From Octopus sinensis (Eukaryota), in contig NW_021836552.1 of assembly GCF_006345805.1 (NCBI RefSeq), forward strand, positions 1 to 24,580: DNA of 24,580 bases, given 5' to 3'. A program made the translations under genes and the position numbers. Shown one piece after another: positions 10,425 through 21,688 of the stretch. Numbering within the stretch: the first letter of the stretch is position 1; each line of letters opens with the position of its first letter. The notes below the pieces were generated by a model. That model was not told the origin of the DNA, made no database searches, and saw only the letters and a program-made list of their open reading frames with translations.

Positions 10425-10780
10425 GGCGCAATGCCAAGTGGTTAGGGCAGCGGTCGTAGGATCGCGGTTTCGATTCCCAGACTTGGAGTTGTGAGTGTTT
10501 ATTGAGCGGAGACACCTACAGATCTACGAGGCTCCAGCAGGCGGAATGGTGGCGAACCCTGCTGTACTCTTTCACCACAACCTTTCTTCCTGTTTCTGTT
10601 GTACCTGTGTTTCAGTGGGCCAGCCTTGTCACACTCTGTGTCACGCTGAATCTTCCCGAGAACTACGTTAAGGGTACACGTGTCCGTGGAGTGCTCAGCC
10701 ACTTGAACTTTAATTTCACGTGCAGGGTGTTCCGTTGATCGGATCAACTGGAACCCGCGTCGTCGTAACCGATAGAGTGC
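10425..10780 (+). mobile_element. SINE family A, diverged copy
   Basis: Colinear with 1259-1637, with deletions in the head and many substitutions. Confidence 0.88.
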
Positions 10781-10848
10781 GTACACATACACATATATGT
10801 GTATATATTTATGATATATATTTGTATATATAGATATATTATATATAT

Positions 10849-11140
10849 ATATTATATTATATTAAATTGGAGATAAAATCACATTAGGCAAATCATACAA
10901 TGAAAAACTTAAGCCAATACACAAAATTAATTAATTTATATTATTTTAAATATAAATCAAATGTATTAAAAGTTTAATAAAAGATAATGAGTTATCTTTT
11001 ATTATCTTTAATTAAACTTTTAATAATTTTGATATATATTTAAATAATATAAATTAATTAATCTTATGTATTGGTTTAAGTTTTTCATTGTATGATTTGC
11101 CTAATAGTGATTTTATCTCTAATTTAATATAATATAATAT
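10849..11140. repeat. 292-bp AT-rich near-perfect palindrome (foldback/MITE-like)
   Basis: The left arm atattatattatattaaattggagataaaatcac... is the reverse complement of the right arm ...gtgattttatctctaatttaatataatataatat. Centre taataaaagataa-tgag-ttatcttttatta with a 4-nt loop. Confidence 0.9.
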
Positions 11141-11222
11141 TTTACTATAAAATTGGATTCAATCCTAATTCTGATTTTTCCCTGTAGTTTGGATTTATTC
11201 CCTAATATTTTATTATATCAAG

Positions 11223-11323
<101 letters not shown>

Positions 11324-11399
11324 AATACATACACATAAATACATGATACACACACAGATGCACAAATACATTATTCTGTGACTTTACAGAGTCGTTTGG

Positions 11400-11510
11400 G
11401 CGTTTGACAGGGAGTAGCTAGCAATATTTGTTCTGGATATCCACATTCTGAGCTCAAATTCTGCAATGTGAACTCAGTTTTAATCTTTCGGGGTCAACAA
11501 AAGCGTATTA
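11400..11510 (+). mobile_element. Highly diverged family C-like SINE fragment
   Basis: attctgagctcaaattctgc...tctttcggggtcaacaaaa resembles the family C B-box and central domain. Confidence 0.5.
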
Positions 11511-11538
11511 TTCTTCAGAGCAAAAGATCAGCGGAACT

Positions 11539-11578
<40 letters not shown>

Positions 11579-11589
11579 GGAGGATGGAT

Positions 11590-12096
11590 GGAAGCACTCC
11601 GTCGGTTCGGACGACGAGGGGTTCCGGTTGATCCGAATCAACGGAACAGCCTGTCGTGAAATTAACGTGCAAGTGGAGAGCACTCCACAGACACGGTGTA
11701 CCCTTAACGTAGTTCTCGGGGATATTCAGGCGTGACCACAGAGAGTGACAGGCCGGCCCCTTTGAAATACAGGTACAACAACAGAAACAGGAAGTAAGAG
11801 TGAGAGAAAGTTGTGGTGAAAGAGTACAGCAGGGATCACCACCATCCCCTGCCGGAGCCGCCGGGGATATTCAGCGCGACACAGAGAGTGACAAGGCCGG
11901 CCCTTTGAAATACAGGTACAACAGAAACAGGAAGTAAGAGTGAGAGAAAGTTGTGGCGAAAGAGTACGCAGGGATCACCACCATCCCCTGCCGGAGCCTC
12001 GTGGAGCTTAGGTGTTTTCGCTCATAAACACTCACAACGCCCGGTCTGGGAATCGAAACCGCGATCCTACGACCGCGAGTCCGCTGCCCTAACCAC
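11590..12096 (-). mobile_element. SINE family A with ~140-bp internal tandem duplication
   Basis: In element orientation: head at 12096 runs to gaatatccccg (~11860), jumps back to ggctccggcagggg, then runs to the 3' end at 11590. Possible TSD atattat. Confidence 0.88.
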
Positions 12097-12162
12097 ATAT
12101 TATATGTGAAGGCCTCTTTAAGAAAGTGGAGAGTGATTTGAAGGTAATTTATTTACTATTTA

Positions 12163-12594
12163 TACTCTTTACTCTTACTCTTTTACTCTTTTACTTGTTT
12201 CAGTCATTTGACTGCGGCCATGCTGGAGCACCGCCTTTAGTCGATCAAATCGACCCCGGGACTTATTCTTTGTAAGCCCATTGCTTAGTCTATCGGTCTC
12301 TTTTACCGAACCGCTAAGTGACGGGGACGTAAACACACCAGCATCGGTTGTCGAGCAATGCTAGGGGGACAAACACAAACACACACCTCACAACACACAC
12401 ACACACATATATATATAATATATATTATACGAACAGGCCTTCTTTCAGTTTCCGTCCTACCAATCCACTCACAAGGCATTGGTCGGCCCGGGGCTATAGC
12501 AGAAGACACTTGCCCAAGATGCCACGCAGTGGGACTGAACCCGGAACCATGTGGTTGGTAAGCAAGCTACTTACCACACAGCCACTCCTGCGCC
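12163..12594 (-). mobile_element. SINE family B, full length
   Basis: Head ggcgcaggagtggctgtgtggtaag, CORE-like cttgggcaagtgtcttct, internal microsatellite, (taaaagag)n tail. Confidence 0.92.
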
Positions 12595-13017
12595 TATACA
12601 ATCCAGTGTCTCTAGAAAACCGAATAAAATTAATGAGCAGACAAAGAAGTTTGTACGTGATTGCCAGACATTTTTAAAATAGCAGCAGCAAAATTACCCT
12701 CAATTATACCCTACCGGTGTAAAAAGGAACAGTAAAAAGGAAAAGGCACATTAATTAATGCTGACCTAGATATATCCCTAAAATGAATGAAAAAAAAAAA
12801 AAGCGAGATGGAAATCTTTTGATGAGGGGAGAGCTAGGACTAAACTACAACAAGGAGCTAATTTAATGCTTTTCGCAGACTTGCTTAACATGTCTGTATA
12901 ATATGTGATTGAGGTCTGGTGATGAGGGGTTCTCGGTAGGACGAGACAGGAAATTATTTATGTTTGGAAGAAAAAGGAAGGCTTCAACCTGTAGCCTGAA
13001 GGAGAATTAAGGACGAA

Positions 13018-13030
13018 AGAGAGAGGAGAG

Positions 13031-13079
<49 letters not shown>

Positions 13080-13100
13080 AAGAGAGAGAGAGAGAGGAGA
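13018..13100. repeat. (GA)n microsatellite
   Basis: Direct inspection. Confidence 0.95.
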
Positions 13101-13267
13101 AAGTTTAAGCTATACTATTTTGGTTTTGCAATTTTCCATTTTCTTCTTATTCTTCGTTCTCTATTTTTGATATTATATTTTGCATATTTTTGACCAAGTT
13201 TAACGGGAAATCAGTCTGATTAATGCTTTGTAGGCTCCCGCTGTTGCACACACACACACATACATGC

Positions 13268-13292
<25 letters not shown>

Positions 13293-13301
<9 letters not shown>

Positions 13302-13619
13302 ATTGGTGAATTGAAGAAATGGAGCTGAACGCAGATTGAACAGAAATCGTTTTATTCATTCTACAACGTGTTTCGAAAGGCACAAATTACCAAAATCCGA
13401 TTGAATAATGGGACCATATTGTGTCTTTCTCTTCAGGAAGACAAAAGGAAATCCGTGGAAAAACAAAAACAGAACAGAAGGCGGCGGAGCAAAAAACAAA
13501 CGAACTACGCTCCTAATTTGTGGTAATTTGTGCCTTTCGAAACACGTGTAGAATGAAATAAAACGATTTCTGTTCAATCTGCGTTCAGCTCCATTTCTTC
13601 ATTCACCAATAATGTTTTA
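13293..13619 (-). mobile_element. PLE-type inverted-end element: ~100-bp arms, 128-bp spacer, hammerhead on the minus strand
   Basis: Arms 13293-13392 and 13521-13619 differ by three 1-bp indels. Abuts (TA)n on the left and contains a canonical hammerhead core. Confidence 0.75.
13345..13450 (-). ncRNA. Type I hammerhead ribozyme motif
   Basis: Minus strand: CUGAAGA (13436-13430); stem II gaaagacacaa/uugugccuuuc (10 of 11 bp, G10.1-C11.1); GAAA (13374-13371); short stem III acacguugu; GUA cleavage triplet (13364-13362); stem I uuc/gaa, extendable through bulges. Confidence 0.7.
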
Positions 13620-13765
13620 ATTTCAATTATCCGCACCACGCACGGTGCAACGCCAGATGGTTGTACCTCCAACCGTGCTGTTACTGCTGTGATTTTTGCT
13701 ACTAAGGTATCGGTTAAACTTTTGATTAATCTACTAAAGATTATTCATCTTTCTATTCACACATT

Positions 13766-13802
<37 letters not shown>

Positions 13803-13817
13803 CGTATATATATATAT

Positions 13818-13913
13818 TTAGTAGAGGAGCTTCTATAGGACTAGGCTGTTTCATTCAATGAAATCATCATTTGAATGAAACAGCTCTAGTCCTGTAGAAG
13901 CTCCTTCTATAAA
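13818..13913 (-). repeat. ~38-bp-arm hairpin with truncated hammerhead-like motif
   Basis: Arms 13822-13858 and 13871-13909 (extendable) around a 12-nt spacer. The minus strand reads aUGAUGA-uuucauugaau-GAAA-cagccua-GUC-cuauag. Abuts (TA)n. Confidence 0.65.
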
Positions 13914-13997
13914 ATAAATAATTTACTCTGCATGTACTGAGTACCTTATTTACTGTGGTACCCCCGACTCAACCCGGGACCTACATATATAATATAT

Positions 13998-14362
13998 TAC
14001 TCTTTTACACTTGTACTTGTTTCAGTCATTTGACTGTGGCCATGATGGAACACTGCCTTTAGTCGACAAATCGACACCAGGACTTATTCTTTGTAAGCCT
14101 AGTACTTATTCTATCGGTCTCTTTTGCCGAACCGCTAATGTTACGGGGATGTAAACACAGAAGCATCGGTTGTCAAGCGATGTTGGGGGGAGAAACACAA
14201 ACACACAAACATATATACACACATACACACATACATATATATATATATAGACATATATACGACGGGCTTCTTTCAGTTTCCGTCTACCAAATCCACTCAC
14301 AGGGATTTGGTAGAAGACACTTGCCCAAGGTGTCACGCAGAAGAACTGAACCCGGAACCATG
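13998..14362 (-). mobile_element. SINE family B, 5'-truncated
   Basis: Homologous to 12163-12594 and ends in the B-box region (cccggaaccatg). Possible TSD atataatat. Confidence 0.88.
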
Positions 14363-14835
14363 CTCAATATAATATTGGTTGAATTAGAAGCGTGCAAACG
14401 CAAGTACAATATGCGGCAAACCCCCTCCGAGATTCAGCATTTTCCGCTGTGTAAAGTATGTGTCCCCCACCCCCGAGTTGTATATATATGACTAAATGAT
14501 ACAAAGTATTATCTCAAAGTAAAGGCAGAATATTTTCTGCTCTCATGATAATCTATAAAATATTCATTGCAAAATCTAAAGACAACGGAAATCGGGCATG
14601 TCTTACATCAAAATACGAGCCGTATACTGAAGTGCATTTTAGATATCCTGCATTGAATGCATGCACTGCATAAGGTTGTTTAATCATATGCACATATATG
14701 CATGCATGTTGTGTGCGTGTGCGTGCGTGTGTGTGTGTAAATATGACATGTACGTACAAAGAGACACCCAGAACTTTAACAATTATCTGGAAAATAAATT
14801 TGGATATGTAAAACGAAAGAGTGAAGAGAAAAATT

Positions 14836-14875
<40 letters not shown>

Positions 14876-14894
14876 GTAGTAGTAGTAGTAGTAA

Positions 14895-15280
14895 GGAAGC
14901 ACTCCGTCGGTCACGACGATGAGGGTTCCGGTTGATCCGAATCAACGGAACAGCCTGCTCGTGAAATTAACGTGTAAGTGGCTGAGCACTCCACAGACAC
15001 GTGTACCCTTAACGCAGTTCTCGGGGATATTCAGCGTGACACAGAGAGTGACAAGGCCGGCCCTTTGAAATACAGGTACAACAGAAACAGGAAGTTAAGA
15101 GTGAGAGAAAGTTGTGGTGAAAGAGTACAGCAGGGATCACCACCATCCCCTGCCGGAGCCTCGGGGAGCTTTTTAGGTGTTTTCGCTCAATAAACACTCA
15201 CAACGCCCGGTCTGGGAATCGAAACCGCGATCCTACGACCGCGAGTCCGCTGCCCTAACCACTGGGCCATTGCGCCTCCA
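14895..15280 (-). mobile_element. SINE family A, full length, within an (AGT)n tract
   Basis: Near-consensus reverse complement of 15948-16329, with (AGT)n on both sides. Confidence 0.93.
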
Positions 15281-15282
15281 CT

Positions 15283-15680
15283 TGTAGTAGTAGTAGTAGT
15301 AGTAGTAGTAGTGAGAAAACGACAGGGTCTAGGACACCGCATATGGTGAAGCTGACGACGAATACGACCATGATGATGGTACTGCTTCTGCTGAAGAAGA
15401 CAACGGCGATGACGCGGTGGTTGTGGTGGTGGTGGTGATGAGGAGGATAATGATGATAATGATGATGATGAATGATATGATGATGATGATGAGATAATGA
15501 TGATGATGAAGAGGATAATGATGATAATGTGATTGATGATGATGATGATGAGAGAGATGATGAATGAAAGATGAGGATGTTGACTGTGAGATAAAAACAG
15601 AAGAGGAAAGACAAAAGTGAACGGAAGACAAAATGGATAACAAAATCAACACAATAAACAACAACAACACATCACAACAA

Positions 15681-15718
<38 letters not shown>

Positions 15719-15720
15719 GT
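15283..15720. repeat. (AGT)n, (GAT)n and (CAA)n low-complexity tract
   Basis: Direct inspection. Confidence 0.9.
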
Positions 15721-15947
15721 ACTACTCTACATCAACAGCTATGTAAACAAATTAACTGTTTTGTGTCTGACAAGTGGGGTGGTGGGAAGAATAGGGAGGG
15801 GGTCTACCCCCAACTCTTTTATATACCAGACATAACTAACCGCATCTGATCGGTTTTGTGTGTGCGTTTTAGTCGGAAATTCGCTCTGATTAGAAGAACC
15901 GGGGGTGGGGGAAACCTACAGTTATTGATGTTGTAGTTGGTGTTGTG

Positions 15948-16329
15948 TGGAGGCGCAATGGCCCAGTTGTTAGGGCAGCGGACTCGCGGTCGTAGGATCG
16001 CGGTTTCGATTCCCAGCCCGGGCGTTGTGAGTGTTTATTGAGCGAAAACACCTAAAAGCTCCCCGAGGCTCCGGCAGGGGATGGTGGTGATCCCTGCTGT
16101 ACTCTTTCACCACAACTTTCTCTCACTCTTACTTCCTGTTTCTGTTGTACCTGTATTTCAAAGGGCCGGCCTTGTCCTCTCTGTGTCACGCTGAATATCC
16201 CCGAGAACTACGTTAAGGGTACACGTGTCTGTGGAGTGCTCAGCCACTTACACGTTAATTTCACGAGCAGGCTGTTCCGTTGATCGGATCAACCGGAACC
16301 CTCGTCGTCGTAACCGACGGAGTGCTTCC
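15948..16329 (+). mobile_element. SINE family A, full length
   Basis: Near-consensus copy from tggaggcgcaatgg to ggagtgcttcc. Confidence 0.93.
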
Positions 16330-16479
16330 TTCCCTGGTATTGGTAGTGGCGGGTGGTCGTGGTGGGTGGGTTTTTTTGGCGGTGTTGGCGATGTTGGTGT
16401 TGTTGTTGTTGTTGGTGCAATATGCACTTCTCTTTTTTTTTTCCTCTCTTTCCAATCTCATCCTCTTTTCTCCTCCTGC

Positions 16480-18680
16480 GATATTTCGTCTTCGACCATC
16501 GGCAACCAAACACCCAACACACCACCACCACCCACCACCCACCCACCACTCACAGCCAGCCACGCGCGCCACCCACTGTCACATCCCCACCCCGTCATGT
16601 CTGCCTCCAACTGCCACGCTATATTACACCGTAACAACATCACCACCACTACCACCACCACCACAACCACCACCACACAACAACATTCACCGCCACCACC
16701 GCCCAAACCCCACATCATCATTACCGCAACCACCACTAACATCACCAGCAGCACTACCACCTCTGCCACCATCACCACTACCACCACCACCACCACCAAC
16801 ACCACGACATTCACCGCCACCACCGCCAAAACCCCACATCATCATTACCGCAACCACCACCACTACCATCACCAGCAGCACTACCACCTCTACCACCATC
16901 ACTACCACCATAATCACCACCACACTAGTGTTTTTCACTAACGCATCACCACCACCAACACCACCACTACAACACACCATCACCGACACCACACCTCTGC
17001 CACCACTATCACCCCCACCACCACCACTACACCACCACCATCACCGACCCCACACTCTGCCACCACTAATCAACCCCCACCCCACCACCACTACACCACC
17101 ACCTCACCGACAACCACACCTCTGCCTCCACTATCACCCCCCACCCCCACCACTACCCATACTATCATCAGCACCAATGAGACGTCTACAAGCCACCCGA
17201 ACCTCTCCAACGTTACCACTACCACCCGAACATTAGTAATTATTAGCATATTTACCACCACCGACATCACTACAACCACTACTAAAACCACCACCACCAC
17301 ACTACCACCACCACCCCTCCACCACCACCTTAAACACTACAACCTCTACTGCAGCAATCATCACCAACAAGGTCAACGTTACCATTGTTCCCTCCATGAT
17401 TACTAATACCATCATCTCAACTACCACTGCTACCTCACCTCCCTCCCTCCCCTGCCCCACTACTACTGCCACCACTGTCACCGTTACCAGCGAAAACCAT
17501 CACCGTCAAACAATACAATCATTCCCCCTGACCTGACAGACACAGCTATCCCAAACATCATCACTATTACCACCAACCACCACCACACATCACCACCACA
17601 ACCACCACCACCACAACAACATCAACCCTTCCACAACACCCGCCACCACCGCCCAAACCCCACATCATCATTACCGCACCACCACTAACATCACCCAGCA
17701 CACTACCACCTCTGCCACATCATCACCACTACCACCACACCACCACCAACACCACGACATTCAACCGCCACCACCGCCAAAACCCCACATCATCATTACC
17801 GCAACCACCACCACTACCATCACCAGCAGCACTACCACCTCTACCACCATCACTACCACCATAATCACCACCAACACTAGTGTTTTCACTAACGCATCAC
17901 AACCACCACCACCACTACAACACCACCATCACCGACACCACACCTCTGCCACCACTATCACCCCCACCACCACCACTACAACACCACCATCACCGACACC
18001 ACACCTCTGCCACCACTATCACCCCCACCACCACCACTACAACACCACCATCACCGACACCACACCTCTGCCACCACTATCACCCCCACCACCACCACTA
18101 CACCACCACCATCACCGACACCACACCTCTGCCTCCACTATCACCCCCACCACCACCACCAATACTATCATCAGCACCATGAAGACGTCTACAGCCACCC
18201 GAACCTCTCCAACGTTACCACTACCACCCGAACATTAGTAGTATATTAGCATATTTACCACCACCGACATCACTACAACCACTACTAAAACCACCACCAC
18301 CACCACTACCACCACCACCCCTCCACCACCACCTTAAACACTACAACCTCTACTGCAGCAATCATCACCAACAAGGTCAACGTTACCATTGTTACCTCCA
18401 TGATTACTAATACCATCATCTCAACTACCACTGCTACCTCACCTCCCTCCCTCCCCTGCCCCACTACTACTGCCACCACTGTCACCGTTACCAGCGAAAA
18501 CCATCACCGTCAAACCAATACAATCATTTCCCCCTGACACTGACACAGCTATCCCAAACATCATCACTATTACCACCACCACCACCACCACCATCACCAT
18601 CACCACCACAACCACCACCACCACCACCACCACCACCACCACCACCACCACCACCACCACCACCACACCACCACCACCAT
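16480..18680 (+). repeat. (CAC/ACC)-rich low-complexity block containing a ~1 kb tandem duplication with nested ~120-bp and ~60-bp units
   Basis: Unique anchors recur about 1 kb apart: gcccaaaccccacatcatc (~16700, ~17651), cacagctatcccaaacatc (~17540, ~18544) and cgaacattagta (~17227, ~18229). Confidence 0.85.
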
Positions 18681-18789
18681 CTCTGTCTACTCCTTACAAA
18701 TTGTTTACCGTTGTTAGAAGTGACGCCCTTAGCTTCTGATAGAAAACCTAAAGTTACCACATGTTAACCCAACTATTTCTGATTGCTTT

Positions 18790-18881
18790 TGCTCTCTCAC
18801 TCTTTCTCTCTCTCTCTCTCTCTCTTCCGAGTCTATTATTCCTCTTTTCTATCGCTCCCTCTCTCACCTCTCAATGGACAT

Positions 18882-18923
<42 letters not shown>

Positions 18924-18926
18924 TAT

Positions 18927-18959
<33 letters not shown>

Positions 18960-19030
18960 CACATATATATATACATAGTATATGCTTACATATGTACATA
19001 GATATGCATACACACACATACACACACACT

Positions 19031-19062
<32 letters not shown>

Positions 19063-19330
19063 CATACATACATTAGTACGTATGTATTTGCGTACAAGAC
19101 ATATGTTCATATGTATGTGTGTATATATATATATTATATATATATATATATATATACATCGATATAAAAGTACTTATATATATATATATATATATATATA
19201 CATCGATATAAAAGTACTTATATACGTACATAATTACACAGACATATATATAGACATATGTGTGTGTGAGTCTGTGTTTGTGTGTAAGTACATACATAAA
19301 TACACGTTACCAGCGTGTATATATATATAA
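18790..19330. repeat. Compound (CT)n/(TA)n/(CA)n microsatellite with local duplication of catcgatataaaagtacttatata
   Basis: Direct inspection; the motif occurs at ~19157 and ~19201. Confidence 0.9.
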
Positions 19331-20261
19331 TCATGATGCAGCTAAAAAGTACATTTGAAAGCATGCGTCTATGACAATGCTCGAATATACTAATGCTTGG
19401 TGTTCTTATTACAGTCTGCAGTATGAATGTATTAATATAACAAAATATCGGTAGTATACATCATGTTTCAGCAAACTGTGTGACTTAGAAAAATGAACAG
19501 CGTTGAGCATTATCCTCCAGAATAAAATGGAAACTGATATGAACCTCGTATAATAAAGCAATGATGCATCAAAATTTGGATTTTGAAGCCAAGTCTCTTA
19601 CATCTGACCATGTATTTCATTGCAAATTGCAGCAACATTGCTACATCAGTATTTTAAAATATGTAGAAAACTGTACTCTGTAATCGCGACACCGGCGCCT
19701 TTCCTAGCCCAATCAATCTGTATATCGCTGGTGGGGTGAGGATTCTCAGCTGTCTCTAGCGGTTGAGTGTCCATCATTGACAAGACCAAACAAGGTCGAA
19801 ATTACGTGATTTAGTGGTCTCGGGGATGCAGGTAGTGGGTATTTATCTTCCCACCTGTGATATAAACAGGAGTGCATTTTGCACCAAAAAGCCAATACGA
19901 GAATTTTGGACGAGTGTGTGTGTGTGTTTGTGTGTGTGTGTGTTTGTTACAATGCTTAGCTCCGGATGAAATGTGTATATAAACCCATTCCGTGTATGCT
20001 GTTGATTTGTGAGGAAAAAGAAGGGGAGTTTCCCGACAGATTGTTTCGCATTGTGCTGTCCACTCCTCAGAGCAGATTTTCTCGGTTTCCGTCCCCAATC
20101 GGTAGCTCAGAATATTCATCGGAGATGTACTTGCATAGCAAGTGACCTGATCCGAGATCGTGGGCTGGAACGAAAACATTTGCAGCGTGGAAGGTGTTTG
20201 TAAGCCATTTAAGAAACACACAAAAGCCGTTCGATTCACTTCAACATTTAAATTTAATTTG

Positions 20262-20378
20262 TCAAAATATTTTCGTCGCTTTGAGACCGCGACCTGTCCA
20301 CTGACAAAATTCGTGAGATGCAGCACGGATTTTTGTCAAGGAACAGGTCGCGGTCTTAAAGCGACGAAAATATTTTGA
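20262..20378. mobile_element. ~54-bp-arm inverted repeat with hammerhead-like fold in each arm (PLE-type inverted end)
   Basis: Arms 20262-20315 and 20324-20378, loop agatgcag. The right arm is cut by (GAA)n. See findings for the core analysis. Confidence 0.65.
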
Positions 20379-20670
20379 AGAAGAAGAAGAAGAAGAAGAA
20401 GAAGAAGAAGAAGAAGAAGAAGAAGAAGAGAAGAAAAGAAGGAAGAAGAAGAAGAAGAGAAGAAGAAGAAAAGGGAGAAGAAGAAAAGGGAGAAGAGAAG
20501 AAGAAGAAGAAGAAGAAGGAGGAGGCGGAGAAGAAAAAGAAGAAAAAGAAGAAGTAGAAAAGGGAGTAGAAGAAGAAGAAGAAGAAGAAGGAGGAGGAGG
20601 AGGAGGAGGAGAAAAAGAAGAATAAAAAGAAGAAGAAGAAGACAACAGCAGAAACAGCTACAGCAACAAC
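20378..20670. repeat. (GAA)n/(GGA)n purine microsatellite
   Basis: Direct inspection. Confidence 0.95.
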
Positions 20671-21083
20671 AATGGCAATAGCATCATTAAGGACTACAAC
20701 ACGTACTAAATGCGCTGGAAAAAAATTCTCAATGTCGTCAGTAAAGAAACGGTCTTGTCAGCAGCAAACACGCGAAAGCACACGTGTAGGCAACGAATGT
20801 GTTTCCTGTTGTCTACTTAAATGTCACAAAGGCTGCCTGTTACCCATCATCATCATCATCGTCATCGGATGGTTGGATTCTATCCACTTGAGATGTTTAA
20901 GAAAAAAAAACTACTGTATCAGGTATCAAGACAAAGAACCAAAACACGAATTTTTGTGGTGGTTTAACCCAAGCTCACACGTGGTTCAGAAAACCTATGA
21001 TACCGTGTAACACAATTTTTGTCCTTGAGTTAACTTGTTTCCAGTTTGCGCCACCCCTAGGAAGTATGAACAATGGCTAATAT

Positions 21084-21688
21084 ATTTTTTATTGTCCACA
21101 AGGGGCTAAACACAGAGGGGACAAACAAGGACAGACGAACGGATTAAGTCGATTACATCGACCCCAGTGCGTAACTGGTACTTAATTTATTGACTCTGAA
21201 AGGATGAAAGGTAAAGTCTACCTCGGCGGAATTTGAACTCAGAACGTAACGGCAGACGAAATACCTATTTCTTTACTACCCACAAGGGACTAAACACAGA
21301 GGGGACAAACAAGGACATACATAGGTATTAAGTCGATTACATCGACCCCAGTGCGTAACTGGTATTTAATTTATCGACCCCGAAAGGATGAAAGGTAAAG
21401 TCGACCACGGCGGAATTTGAACTCAGAACGTAGCGGCAGACGGAATACCTATTTCTATTTCTTTATTATCCACAAGGGGCTAAACATAGAGGGGACAAAC
21501 AAGGACAGACAAAGGGATTAAGTCGATTACATCGACCCCAGTGCGTAACTGGTACTTAATTTATCGACCCCGAAAGGATGAAAGGCAAAGTCGACCTCGG
21601 CGGAATTTGAACTCAGAACATAACGGCAGACGAAATACGACTACGCATTTCACCCGGCATGCTAACGTTTCTGCCAGCTCGCCGCCTT
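21084..21688 (-). mobile_element. SINE family C head-to-tail trimer flanked by one 12-bp TSD
   Basis: Units 21084-21264, 21265-21448 (both lacking the 5' ~40 nt) and 21449-21688 (full). aatggctaatat at 21072-21083 and 21689-21700. Confidence 0.9.

Noticed and set aside
10849-11140. Hammerhead in the AT-rich palindrome
   Set aside because: No CUGANGA/GAAA pair with stems was found on either strand.
16225-18760. Long Pro/Thr/His/Val/Gly ORFs up to 318 aa
   Set aside because: Open in several frames on both strands because (CAC)n-type DNA lacks stops, and frames are inconsistent between the duplicated copies.
19811-20326. 171-aa minus-strand ORF
   Set aside because: It starts inside the inverted repeat and crosses a (TG)n tract, with no RT or GIY-YIG motifs seen.
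21036-21065. Strong-looking plus-strand acceptor (ttaacttgtttccag) with a 19-nt micro-exon
   Set aside because: No supporting neighbouring exons.
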